From NCBI GenBank assembly GCA_965198115.1, contig OZ240241.1, forward strand, positions 2,464,001 through 2,528,000: a stretch of DNA of 64,000 bases. The letters are read 5' to 3'. A model generated the notes under the pieces. That model saw nothing but the letters and a program-made list of their open reading frames with translations, was not told where the DNA came from and ran no database searches. Position numbers and translations under genes: made by a program. This document shows positions 42,071-52,315 of this stretch, one piece after another. Each line of letters starts with the position of its first letter. Position 1 is the first letter of the stretch. Source of the stretch: Candidatus Latescibacterota bacterium. GTDB taxonomy: Bacteria > Latescibacterota > UBA2968.

Positions 42071-42779
42071 GGTCGTTTCCCCTGTAGAGATGTTCGCCTG
42101 CGATGAGTATCGTCTTGGTGTCCTCCACACCCGCAAACTCATCGACAGCGTGGAAGCCGAAAGTCATGCTCATACGCGTCTCCGTCGTCGTGTTCGTCCC
42201 GATGCGGTGGTAAATGAGACTGTCGAGCAGGAGCAGACCACCTGGGGGCATCGGCACCGGCACCGACTGATCGAGGAGGCCGGATGCAGCGATGACTGGA
42301 TCGTCCCCCACGCCTCTGCCCGGATCCAGACCAGGCCAGAAGTGGGACCCGGGTACGACGCACGTAGATCCGTTCTCGACTGTCGTCCGTTCCAGAAAGA
42401 AGATGATCGTCACAATGGCACGGGTCCATTGCAGGTTGTCGCGATGGAACGCATCCGGCCGAATGTCGGAGGGGTTGAATGTCAGGTGGTTGTGCCGGTT
42501 CCGTCGGACGACAATGTTGGGCCCGAGCACCGAACGAAGCGGCTCGACGACGACGGGCAACCGGATCGACCGCTCGAAGATCGGATCGCGCTCGAGCGCC
42601 TTCGACAACCGCACGCCCCTCCCCTTTTCGTTCCGCACGACGGGTTCGACCTCCCGGGCAAGATGGTCGTACGCCAGGTTCCGGAGCTCTTCCACGAGGT
42701 TATCCGGTAGCCGGTCCCGGAGTTTCAAGTATCCGTTGTGCCTGAACAGACGGATCTCTTGGGGCGAAAGCTCAGCCAC
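42063..42779 (-). CDS. PhyH-family dioxygenase
   Basis: HNGYLKL, FHRD, ENGSTCVVPGSH, IYHRIGTN. Confidence 0.85.
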   Translation of the reverse strand: MAELSPQEIRLFRHNGYLKLRDRLPDNLVEELRNLAYDHLAREVEPVVRNEKGRGVRLSKALERDPIFERSIRLPVVVEPLRSVLGPNIVVRRNRHNHLTFNPSDIRPDAFHRDNLQWTRAIVTIIFFLERTTVENGSTCVVPGSHFWPGLDPGRGVGDDPVIAASGLLDQSVPVPMPPGGLLLLDSLIYHRIGTNTTTETRMSMTFGFHAVDEFAGVEDTKTILIAGEHLYRGNDRG

Positions 42780-43793
42780 GGATCTCCTCGACCTGTAGAA
42801 TTGCGAATCGGAGTCGTTCGTAAGGTCCCTCGTCGCCACACTCGTAAAGACAGCCCACGCGATCGTCCGGCAGAGCGACGAGGTCCGAGTAGGCAGCTGG
42901 ACCGGCGTATAAGACGAAACCTCCGGTCCAGGAGCCGCCGCCGTCGTCACTGAATTTGAGCGTCATCTTTTCACGATCTGTGCTGGCCAGGTTCGAGAAA
43001 ACGAGCCCATCGGCGACCTCGACCAGACTGGCCTGACAGATCGGCTCGATCAGCGCATCTTCCTTCCGAAACCCCGAAAACGTCTCACCCGCGTCCGAAC
43101 TCCACGCAACACCCCGCGCGTTCCAGCCGCGGTAATTTCGACAGTTGATATAAACGCGGTCGTCCTCGAGAAGCGCAACGGCGCATTCGTTTGTCCCTTC
43201 ATCCACGATTCCCCCAATGCTCCAGGTCTCGCCACCGTCGTCGCTCACGATGACGTGCGAATGATACGGGTCGGCCTGGCGGTCGAAATAGACCCCCACC
43301 ATGTGGTCGCAAGGGATGACCAGGCGGCCCGAAGGCAATTGGATGCCGTGACCCGGGCCGGTCGCATACCAGGTCCAGGCCGCGTCCTTCGCCTCCGCCG
43401 TCACCTCCTGAGGCGATGACCAGGATGCGCCGTCGTCGCTGCGGGAGACCCAGACCGTTCGGGGTCCACGCCCCTCGGTGATCCCGTCTCCCCGATATCG
43501 CCGATGTTTTTACAAAAAGTCAGGACAACGCGACCGGACTCGTGGTCGACCACGGGACAGGGGTTCCCACACGTCATGCCCGCTTCCGTCACGACGACCC
43601 GGGAATCCGACCACGTATCCCCGCCGTCATCACTCCACCGGGACAGCAAATCGATCAGACCGGTGTCGCTTTGGCTGTCACGCCGCCCCTCGCAGAAGGC
43701 CAGGAGACGACCCGATGGGGATGCTGCCAGCGCCGGGATCCGATAGGTGTGATAGTCACCCTCGCCGCTCACCCAGAGATCCAGATCTCTCAC
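42772..43793 (-). CDS. Exo-alpha-sialidase GH33 (frameshift near 43485)
   Basis: YRIPAL, FCEGR, SDDGGDTW, ATGPGHGIQL, TNEC, AAYSDL. Confidence 0.85.
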
Positions 43794-43861
43794 GGTTCTG
43801 TCCTCCCGTTAGCTTGACACGTCCTGACACGGCGCCTACACTCGGCTTGAACGGAGCCCCA

Positions 43862-45046
43862 TTGAAGCCACGAAACCCTCTCATCCTCGCCGTCTACGTC
43901 CCGAGTGCCCTGCTCGCCGTCTGTCAGGGCATGATGATCCCGGTCCTGCCGATCTTTGCCAGGACGTTCGATGCCTCCTACGGTGTCGTCGGTCTCGTCC
44001 TGGCTGCCGAGGCGATCGGACAGATCTTCGGCGACGTCCCCGTCGGCGCCCTCATCCGAAGGCTCGGACGCAACCATACGATGCGTCTGGGCGTGGGGAT
44101 CGTCTTCCTGAGCGTCGTTGCGCTCTATTGGACCTAGACCGTCTACCAGATGGTCGGCCTCCGCCTGTTGACAGGGTTCGGCCACGCCGTGTGGAACGTG
44201 TCCCGCCACACCTACCTGACCGAGGTCACCGCCACCCACAGGCGGGGTCGCGCCATCGCCATCTTCGGAGGTGTGGGCAGGATCGGCGGTTTCATCGGAC
44301 CCGCAGCGGGGGGCGCCATCGCCGCCCACGCAGGTCTGCGGGCTCCCTTTCTGGCCTTCGCCGCGGTCGCGGTCGTCGTCATCCTCATAACCCTGTTCGG
44401 GCTGGCCCCCGACCGGCGCACACCCGCTTCCGGCGGACAGAAGGTCTTTCCCATCTGGGATGTGTTCAACGCACACCGTGCGATCCTGGCCAGGGCGGGC
44501 ACCGGGCAATTTATCGCCCAGACGGTCCGTGCGGGTCGCTCGGTCATCGTCCCGCTCTACGGCGCCGACATCATTGGGCTCGACGTCCAGGCAATCGGCC
44601 TCATCCTGAGCGCGTCCTCGTTCGTCGACATGTCCCTGTTCTACCCGGCTGGACTCATCATGGATCGATTCGGACGAAAATTCGCGATCGTACCGAGTTT
44701 TTTCCTGCAGACGCTGGGCACGGCGTGCATCCCGTTCACGGGTGGATTCTTTTCTCTGATGGTGGCCACGGGGGTGATCGGTGTGGGAAACGGTCTTAGC
44801 TCGGGTTCAATGATGACACTCGGTGCAGACCTCGCCCCGAAGGACAACGTGGGAGACTTCCTGGGTGTCTGGCGTTTTGTCGGCGATGGCGGGCGGATGG
44901 GGAGTCCGCTGCTCGTGGGGGCGATATCCGACGTCGTCGGGCTCCAGCCCGCGACGCTGGCGATCGCGGGCGCCGGACTGATCAGTTGTGGAATCTTCGC
45001 CCTTCTGGTGCCCGAAACCCTCGAGCGAGCCAGCGAAATGCAATAA
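43862..45046 (+). pseudogene. MFS transporter with in-frame TAG
   Basis: Same frame across TAG 44135-44137 (YWT*TVYQMVG); GLIMDRFGRK motif. Confidence 0.75.
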
Positions 45047-45095
45047 TACGCCCGCGTAACTACGGTGTCAAAGCGGGGAAGGCGAAAGCAAACAG

Positions 45096-45127
45096 AAAGG
45101 CACGGAACCCGAGGGTCCCGTGCCTTT
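45096..45127. terminator. Hairpin terminator between convergent MFS and flagellin genes
   Basis: AAAGGCACGG-AACCCGAGGGTC-CCGTGCCTTT. Confidence 0.65.
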
Positions 45128-45150
45128 ACCTACGCAGGGCTCGGCCAAGT

Positions 45151-46348
45151 TTACCCGAGTAGGGTCAGCGCGTTCTGCGGGAGGACGTTGGCCTGCGCCA
45201 GCAGGGCCGTCGTCGACTGCGTCAGAATCTGCGCCGTCGTGAACTCGGTGACCTCGAGCGGGACATCGGCATCACGGATGCCTGATTCGGAGGCCGTGTT
45301 GTTCTCGATCGAGTTTTCCTGGTTGCGGAGGGTGTGACCCATGCGATTCTGGAAAGCACCCAGATCGCCTCGAACCTGTGCAACGTTCGTAATCGCCAGC
45401 TCGAGCGTCGAAATCGCGGCCTGAGCAGACGGCTGCGTCGTGATCGACAAGGTGCCGAGGTTCAGGAAGGCACCTGACGCCCGCAGATCGCGAATGTTCA
45501 CCTCGATGCGGTTGGTAGAGGCGTCATCGGGGCCAATCTGGAACTGTCCACCCGTGCCAGAGTTGACGACGAAGGTCAAACCATCTAGATCGCCATCGCG
45601 GTAGCCGTCCGTGGCCGGGTTGATCCCCTCAGCCGCCTTCACACCGCTCAGCGTCAGCGACACGCCGATACGGTCGAAATTCGCGATGATCGACGATCCC
45701 GTCGCCACCACGCCACCGGTGCCGGCGTCGGCATCGAGGGCCGAACCGATGTCGATGGTTTGGGTGACGGTACCGTTGCCCCAGCGTGATCTGGTTATCC
45801 GTCGCGACGCTGTCGATGAAGGTGTAGGTTCCGGCCTGCGCGGACGAGATCGAGGCAGTGAGCAGACCCGTCGTGGGAGAGGCCAGAGACGTGGAGACCG
45901 TGGGATCCTTGTCGACCGTGTTACCGAACCCGGTCAGGATCACCTGATTGTTGTAGGACGTAACGTTCGCGATTCGATCGATTTCATTCGCGAGCTGGAC
46001 GACCTCGGCGTTGAGCGACTCTCGGTTCGTGTTGTTGATCGTCGACGATGCCGACGCAACAGCGAGTTCACGCATCCGGATGAGCATGGCGCTCACCTCG
46101 TTCAGCGCGCCTTCGGCCGTTTGGATCAGGTTGATCGCTTGCTCCGTGTTTCGGTTGGCCTGCATCATGCCGCCAATTTCGGCGCGCATCCCTTCCGAAA
46201 CACTGAGTCCGGAGGCGTCATCCGCCGCCCGGTTGATCTTCAGACCCGACGAAAGACGTTCGAGCCGCATCGCCAGGTTTTTGTTGTTAATCTTCCCGAT
46301 CCGTTGAACGTTGATGGATGGGACGTTGGTGTTGACTCTGAGTGGCAT
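45151..46348 (-). CDS. fliC: Flagellin (about 398 aa; +1 G frameshift near 45780)
   Basis: RVNTNV..LSSGLKINRAADDASGL..QTAEGAL..RMRELAV and RGDLGAFQNR..SESGIRDAD..QILTQ..LAQAN. Confidence 0.93.
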
Positions 46349-46535
46349 CAAAACCTCCTTGTTCTCTCGCGAGCGTCAGCGCTCGCTGCCGGCGTCCGTG
46401 CCGGATTCCCCCTTTTGAAACCGAAGCAGTAGGTTGTGTTTTCTCCGACCAACCTCCTTTTGTGGTATCACTTAGTATTTCTTGCTTCGACGTTATTGTG
46501 TGTTAGCGATTGTTTTTCAAGCACTTACGTGTTGT

Positions 46536-46562
46536 ATATCGTCTTAGTCCCAAACTGCTTTA
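46536..46562 (-). promoter_or_regulatory. sigma28 (FliA) promoter of flagellin
   Basis: TAAA-N15-GACGATAT; the leader of about 180 nt has several GGA motifs, one in a hairpin loop (CsrA-type). Confidence 0.65.
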
Positions 46563-46590
46563 GGGGTTTTTCGGTATAGGCTTCAGGGCG

Positions 46591-46606
46591 TGGAACAGAA
46601 ATTGCC
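46591..46606 (+). promoter_or_regulatory. Putative sigma54 promoter pointing toward fliN
   Basis: TGGAAC-AGAAA-TTGC (GG-N10-GC); IHF-like TTTCAAGCACTTA at 46515-46527. Confidence 0.55.
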
Positions 46607-46632
46607 TTGATATGCATCGGCGTAGACGCTAA

Positions 46633-48261
46633 CCTGAATTATGCATAAAAAAGGTAGTCTCCTTGTACAAGTGTTTGTTTTTCCCTACATTAGGGCTGAC
46701 ACATCAAAACAACACTTGGAAGGAACTACCGTGATAGAACCTAGTCAGATCCGGTTACCATTCGCAAGCATTTCGGGCAAGGTAGTTGAGGCTGATTTTG
46801 CCGGTGGCGCCGTCAGGAGTGACGGTGGAGTTCTGTTGCTTCGCGCCCTTGAGTCTCAGATGGGATTGATCGCCAGAATGGTAGATGCTTTGCGAGATCG
46901 TCGTCACCCAAGCTATATCGATCACACGCTTTTGGATCTTGTGAAGCAGCGTGTTTTTCAGATCGCTTGCGGCTATGAAGATGCCGTCGATTGTGATGAT
47001 TTGCGCCACGATCCGGGCGTCAAGGCTGCCTGCGATCGGCTTCCTCTTTCCGGTCCTGATCTCGGGAGCCAATCAACGATGACACGACTTGAGAATGATG
47101 TGCGACGCTCGGATTTGTATCGGCTCGCACGGGCTTTTGTAGACGGGTTCATCGCATCGTATGACCAGGCACCCCCAAGCATCATTCTCGATATCGACGA
47201 CACGGATGACCCAACGCACGGTGCGCAACAATTTTCACTCTTCAACGCGTATTACAATGAACACTGCTATATGCCGCTACATATCTATGAAGGCCAAAGC
47301 GGCAAGCTCATTACGACGATCTTGAGACCCGGGCATCCGACGAACGGTAAACAGGTCGTTTCTATTCTCAAGCGCTTGGTGGAACACCTACGCGGATCTT
47401 GGCCAAACGTGGAGATCATCGTTCGCGCAGACTCAAAGTTCAGCTCACCAGAGATGCACGATTTCTGCGAAGACAACGGTATCTACTACGTTCTGGGCCA
47501 GGGCGCCAACTCCAAGCTCAAAGCGGCTGGACAAAACCTGATGGACCAAGCGCTACGTCTGAGCGAGCATAAGGAGACGATTCGCTTGTTCTCATCCTTC
47601 TCATATCAGGCTGGCACCTACCGGTAGCCTCGCCGGATCATTCACAAGGCTGAAGTCACAAACGGCGAAGCAAATCCAAGATACCGCGTGACCAATTTAC
47701 AGAGTAATCGAGACGGCTTTATCTATGATCGTATCTACTGCGCAAGGGGACGCACGGAAGGCTTCATCAAGGACCACAAAACATTCCTTCACTCCGATCG
47801 AACATCGTGCCACAAGTTTGAAGCCAACCAGTTCCGACTCTTTCTACACAGTGCTGCATACGCCTTGCTTCACGCACTCCGATCACAGGGACTCAAGGGC
47901 ACCGCGTGGACCAAACCTCAGGTCAACACGATACAGAACCGTTTCCTCAAAATCGGCGCGAGAGTCATTGAAAGCGCACGAAGAATCCGATTCCATTTTC
48001 CAACATCGTATCCACTCAAAAACGTCTTGGTGTCAATCATCACCAGGCTCGAAACGAACACGCAGTAACAACGCCGATCTATACCGGGGACAGCTATGTA
48101 CACGTCGCAAAACAACACCTGTTCCGGACGAAAATCGTGACTCTTGCGACTCGTAGAGACCGCTTACGGGACCTTGGACATCCGAAGAAGCCGAGAACAA
48201 ATCCTGTGCGTGATCACATCACTCCAAAACAACCTAAACTCAAATTCATGCATGATTCAGG
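46633..48261 (+). mobile_element. IS1380-family insertion sequence (1629 bp)
   Basis: IRs CCTGAATTATGCATAA / TCATGCATGATTCAGG; 4-bp duplication CTAA on both flanks. Confidence 0.92.
46731..48068 (+). pseudogene. IS1380 transposase with in-frame TAG at 47625
   Basis: SDGGVLL, GYEDAVD, LDIDDTDDPTHGAQQ, RADSKF, YCARGRTE, FEANQFRL. Confidence 0.88.
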
Positions 48262-48315
48262 CTAAAATCATACATCCTTGATTTACAACACATTATCGAA
48301 AATGTGGAGGTCGTC

Positions 48316-48837
48316 GTGGCGGAAGAAAATGACGCCCAAGACCAAGATGTAGAAGCCGAAATGCTCCGCATGATGCAGGAGGAGCTGGGTGGAGACGACG
48401 CTGAAGGCGGAGAGGAGGCCGCTGCCGAAGGCGGTGGTGACGGCATCGACAACATGCTCGAGCAGGAAATGCTCAAGGCGATGGAAACCGAGGGGGGCGG
48501 GCTCGACGACAGCGCTGGCGGCGATCCAATGGCCGCTCTGGCCGCGCTCGGCCCTGCGATGGACGCCGCGAGCGCGCCGGAAGTCGAAGGGATCGATCGG
48601 CTGACCGACGTCGATGTGGAGATTACGGTCGAACTAGGCGAGAATCACATCGCCATCGCCGACATCATGGGGTGGACGAAGGACTCGGTGGTCGAATTGC
48701 TCGACGAGGAGAGCGAGCCGGTAAACGTGATGCTCAACGGAACGCCGTTCGCCAAGGGCGAGATCGTCGTCGTCGGCGATACGTTCGGCATCCGAATCAA
48801 GGAACTGCTCGAGCCGCCCGATCAGGCCGCGGGGTAG
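48316..48837 (+). CDS. fliN: Flagellar motor switch protein FliN (acidic N-terminal extension)
   Basis: DVDVEITVELG..EPVNVMLNG..AKGEIVVVGDTFGIRI. Confidence 0.85.
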   Translation: MAEENDAQDQDVEAEMLRMMQEELGGDDAEGGEEAAAEGGGDGIDNMLEQEMLKAMETEGGGLDDSAGGDPMAALAALGPAMDAASAPEVEGIDRLTDVDVEITVELGENHIAIADIMGWTKDSVVELLDEESEPVNVMLNGTPFAKGEIVVVGDTFGIRIKELLEPPDQAAG

Positions 48838-48847
48838 GCCTTTTACC

Positions 48848-49414
48848 TCAGTTTTCTTCGAAATAGCCGGTGTTGGCCTGCATGTAGAAAGAGGGGAAGT
48901 AGACCTCCATCACCTGCCCCTCATACAGAAAATCGTTCAACCGCTGTTTGATCTCATCTTTTACGACTTCCCTGCCCTCCCGCGTTCTGAGCTGCTGGGG
49001 TGTGGCGCCGCTAATCGCCGCAATGACCTGATCTCGAACACGGTCGATGTTGTCCTCGTGTTCGATCTCGCTTGCGGCCCCTGACGGGCCCACCGCAACC
49101 GTCACGGATGCCACCAGAAACACACGTGCGGCCGCCGCCCTCGGGTTTACGACCACTTCACCAAGATCCACGCTCGCCTCGGGTTCGTCACCCTCGGGAA
49201 GGGTGCGCACACGCCCGGACTCGTCCGCCTCAACCAGCGGCTCATCGCCCCGCGACAGCTGCCAACGGACCAGGTAGTAGCCTCCGGCTGCCTGCAGCAG
49301 CAGAACGACCAGAATCAGCGGAAGATACCGGAGTGCACTCCCCTTTTGGGACGGCGGTGGCGGTGCGGGTGGTGCCTCTTCTTCGGCTTCCTGTTCTTCC
49401 TCTTCCTCAGCCAA
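48848..49414 (-). CDS. fliL: Flagellar basal body-associated FliL
   Basis: TM helix, LGEVVVN, RVRDQVI, EGREVVKDEIKQRLN, EVYF. Confidence 0.85.
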   Translation of the reverse strand: MAEEEEEQEAEEEAPPAPPPPSQKGSALRYLPLILVVLLLQAAGGYYLVRWQLSRGDEPLVEADESGRVRTLPEGDEPEASVDLGEVVVNPRAAAARVFLVASVTVAVGPSGAASEIEHEDNIDRVRDQVIAAISGATPQQLRTREGREVVKDEIKQRLNDFLYEGQVMEVYFPSFYMQANTGYFEEN

Positions 49415-49429
49415 GGTTGTCCCCGGTCC

Positions 49430-49750
49430 TTATTCGTCTTCGGACGGTAAATCGACCCGGTGGCGCGTGGGCCTCCTCCCATCATCTTTCCGCAGCCCTT
49501 TCACACGACCCTTCAGTGCGGCCTCTCTGTCCTCGGCAGCCTTGACCGCATCTCGGGCTGATTGAAGCTCCTTCTGTTTCTCCTCGTTGTCCCTGTCGTA
49601 GCGATCGGCCTGAGAGCGAACATCGGCCGTCGAATTGTTCAGATTCGCGACCTGCTCGTCATAGCGCGCCAGCTGACGCTTGAAAACGACGACCATCTGA
49701 AAGGCCCAAAAGACGAACGCCAGGATGAGGACGAGCAGAATCCAGTCCAC
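49430..49750 (-). CDS. Hypothetical membrane-anchored coiled-coil protein
   Basis: N-terminal TM helix then charged heptads; 15 nt upstream of fliL. Confidence 0.65.
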   Translation of the reverse strand: MDWILLVLILAFVFWAFQMVVVFKRQLARYDEQVANLNNSTADVRSQADRYDRDNEEKQKELQSARDAVKAAEDREAALKGRVKGLRKDDGRRPTRHRVDLPSEDE

Positions 49751-49859
49751 GCGGATCTCACAATGACTTTGACAGGATACGTCGGGCGTCCTACACTCCA
49801 ACCCCGCCTGGATAGACGCCCACGCGCATCCCGAATCCGATTACGCCTGCAACCCGACG

Positions 49860-50552
49860 ATGCCCCCACGCATATCCCTCATCATTCCCGTGTTCAACGA
49901 GCAGGATGCGATTCAGAGCGTCCTCTCGGACCTCCCCGAAGGGCTCCTCACAGAGGTCATCGTCGTCGACAACGGCTCCACCGACCGAACCGCGCAGCTC
50001 GCTCGAGAAATGGGGGCCCGCGTCGTCGTCGAAGCACGACGCGGCTACGGCAGCGCCTGCCTGGCCGGCATCGCAGCAGCGGATTCACCCGACATTCTCG
50101 CCTTCATCGACGGGGACTACAGCGATTTTCCGGGAGAAATCACGTCGGTCGTCGACCCGATTTTGGCAGGCCACGCCGACCTCGTCATCGGGTCTCGCGT
50201 GCTCGGGGAAAGGGAGCCCGGCGCCCTCCTGCCGCAGGCCCGATTCGGAAACTGGCTGGCCACGTTACTCATCGAGGCCCTCTTCGGGCTCCGGTTCACC
50301 GATCTGGGGCCGTTCAGGGCCGTGACCCGCTGCGCCTTGGAAGCCATGCGAATGGCCGACACCACGTTCGGCTGGACCGTCGAAATGCAGGTCAAGGCCG
50401 CGTTGCTGCGACTCCGAGTCTGCGAAGTTCCCACGCGCTACCGGCGTAGAATCGGTGTGTCGAAGATCACGGGGACGCTTCAAGGCACTGTCCGAGCCGG
50501 CTGTAAGATCCTTTTCACGATCTTCAAACACGCAGCCCACCCAACGGCGTAA
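49860..50552 (+). CDS. GT2 glycosyltransferase (DPM1-like)
   Basis: IIPVFNE, VVDNGSTD, GYGSAC, DGD, VIGSR, TDLGPFRA. Confidence 0.92.
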   Translation: MPPRISLIIPVFNEQDAIQSVLSDLPEGLLTEVIVVDNGSTDRTAQLAREMGARVVVEARRGYGSACLAGIAAADSPDILAFIDGDYSDFPGEITSVVDPILAGHADLVIGSRVLGEREPGALLPQARFGNWLATLLIEALFGLRFTDLGPFRAVTRCALEAMRMADTTFGWTVEMQVKAALLRLRVCEVPTRYRRRIGVSKITGTLQGTVRAGCKILFTIFKHAAHPTA

Positions 50553-50558
50553 CGACCT

Positions 50559-50993
50559 CTATTCGGGTTGATGGCGAAGCATGTAACGAATGACCTTGGC
50601 GAATCGCTCCGCACCTTGCTTGCTGATCTTGTAGTCCTCCTGGCGGCGGGCGATCTCCCGGATGGCGAAAAGGAACCGGGATCTGGGCGGGCCATTGAGC
50701 TCGACGACCGGCAAGGAAACACGGCGGGGTTGCACCTCCACCGCCTCGGTCGGTTCGGGTTTGGCCCTGGGCTGAAGACGTTCGTCCTCTGGCCAGTAGC
50801 GCAGGAATGCGTAAACCGTCAGGGCAACCAGCACGATCGACGCGAAGGTCGAAGCAACCACGAACAGACCGTAATAGGCGGCTGCGACGGCCCCGAGTCC
50901 GACCGCGATCAGAAACCAATAGCCCAGGTGGTCGGCGAGTGTCTGGGTGACCCCCTTCGCCTCACCCTCCGGATTGCGCTTCCACCACTTCAT
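50559..50993 (-). CDS. Hypothetical 2-TM membrane protein coupled to zapA
   Basis: ATGA overlap with the zapA stop; two hydrophobic helices. Confidence 0.65.
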   Translation of the reverse strand: MKWWKRNPEGEAKGVTQTLADHLGYWFLIAVGLGAVAAAYYGLFVVASTFASIVLVALTVYAFLRYWPEDERLQPRAKPEPTEAVEVQPRRVSLPVVELNGPPRSRFLFAIREIARRQEDYKISKQGAERFAKVIRYMLRHQPE

Positions 50994-51283
50994 CGGCCTG
51001 TCTCTGCCTCGTTCATCGATTGGGTAAGACGCACGCGACCCTCTTCGGCGGCCTGGACATCGGCCGTCCGTCGATCGCGGCAACTCATTATTTCATCGGC
51101 AATCTCGAGGGCGGTCATGATCGCAATCTTCCCGGTATCCGCCAGATTCTGGTGTTCGGCGACTTCGGTCATTCTACGGTCGACGTAGTCCGCGATGTCA
51201 CGCGCGTAAGTCGGATCGTGCTCGCTCAACAGGGTGTAGGTTCGACCAAAAATCTCGACGTCGATGGTGTTTTCTTCGGACAA
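50990..51283 (-). CDS. zapA: Cell division protein ZapA
   Basis: VEIFGRTYTL..IADYVDRRM..IAIMTALEIADE. Confidence 0.88.
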   Translation of the reverse strand: MSEENTIDVEIFGRTYTLLSEHDPTYARDIADYVDRRMTEVAEHQNLADTGKIAIMTALEIADEIMSCRDRRTADVQAAEEGRVRLTQSMNEAETGR

Positions 51284-51387
51284 GGAGTCACTCCGCGTAA
51301 GACGACATCAAGCCCACAATCCCGCAAAAATCTTAGCACGCCCGTTTCGGCATGTCAAGCCGGCACATTTTCTGATCGAACACTAAC

Positions 51388-51415
51388 TAAAGATTCATCT
51401 CCCTCCTGCCGATAA
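51388..51415 (+). promoter_or_regulatory. sigma28 promoter
   Basis: TAAAGATT-N12-GCCGATAA (perfect -10; spacer one base longer than the enterobacterial consensus). Confidence 0.7.
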
Positions 51416-51493
51416 GGAGAGAGAGGGGCCAACCACCCCTGCCTTCGCACTCGCGTGGGCAAGCTGAAAAGTCGGGTAACGAGGACAGAACAG

Positions 51494-51958
51494 ATGCCAT
51501 CTGTCTCTGCGCCTGGGTCAGGCGCATCATTCGATCGAATCGAACCCCTACCGCCTTCCGAAGAGGCCGTGGAGGGCGAAGTCGACATAGACATTTCCGG
51601 AGACCCGGCCGAAGACACCGTCGACCTCGGAAACCAGCCGCCCTCCCCCGGTGCGTACGGCCCCAATTCGACAGACGATCGCTTCCGATTCGACCTGGCC
51701 AACGGCATGCTCAACGGCGAGGGTCGCTTCAGGGCGGTCGTCAACCGATCGCGCGGCATCGCCGCGCAGACCTACGAACAACGCGCTTCGGTCGGAGTCC
51801 AGGTGACGCGTGGGCTCACGGGAAGTCGGAGCGCGATGTTCAGTCTCCTCTTTTCGAACGCTGACCCCAATCGCGCCGAGGCCGGCTCACACGTCGAAGC
51901 TCGGGCGGAATTCGCGCGAATCGCCGATCAGAATCTCGAACTGCTCAACCTGCTGTAG
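51494..51958 (+). CDS. Hypothetical protein, candidate sigma28-class flagellar gene (154 aa)
   Basis: GAGGA RBS, S/P/A-rich N-terminus, DTVDL motif, C-terminal ADQNLELLNLL. Confidence 0.65.
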   Translation: MPSVSAPGSGASFDRIEPLPPSEEAVEGEVDIDISGDPAEDTVDLGNQPPSPGAYGPNSTDDRFRFDLANGMLNGEGRFRAVVNRSRGIAAQTYEQRASVGVQVTRGLTGSRSAMFSLLFSNADPNRAEAGSHVEARAEFARIADQNLELLNLL

Positions 51959-52033
51959 GTCGACCAACCTCTCGTGACACGAAAAAGAGCGACGGCTATG
52001 CCGTCGCTCTTCCCATTCCCGCGATCGATCTCA

Positions 52034-52315
52034 CTACCCCGTAAACGTCGTCGTATCAGCCAGCGGATCGATCCGTACCACGCCGTCGGTCGCTGGCACC
52101 GACACCTCCACGATCCATCCATCCACGGCGGCACCGGGAACGTTGACCGTGACAGGCGTCCTTTTGACCACGCGGACATCCTTCGACACGTGGGCGAAAG
52201 CGTGACAGTTTTCGTCGTCGACGCAAAAATACCAGTGAATCCGCTCGTCCGCTTGCCCTCCCAGTCGGGCGACAACACGGCCATCGTCGTTGGTTCGATT
52301 CTCGTTCACGATCAT
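52034..52315 (-). CDS. Hypothetical protein coupled to nadD
   Basis: ATGA overlap with the nadD stop; 93 aa. Confidence 0.5.
   Translation of the reverse strand: MIVNENRTNDDGRVVARLGGQADERIHWYFCVDDENCHAFAHVSKDVRVVKRTPVTVNVPGAAVDGWIVEVSVPATDGVVRIDPLADTTTFTG

Noticed and set aside
44135-47627. In-frame TAG codons as pyrrolysine or stop-codon reassignment
   Set aside because: TAG is used as a normal stop (fliN, Rdx, DUF1015) and an in-frame TAA also occurs, so nonsense mutation is the simpler explanation
50559-50990. 6S RNA downstream of zapA
   Set aside because: zapA overlaps directly with a protein-coding gene, leaving no intergenic space
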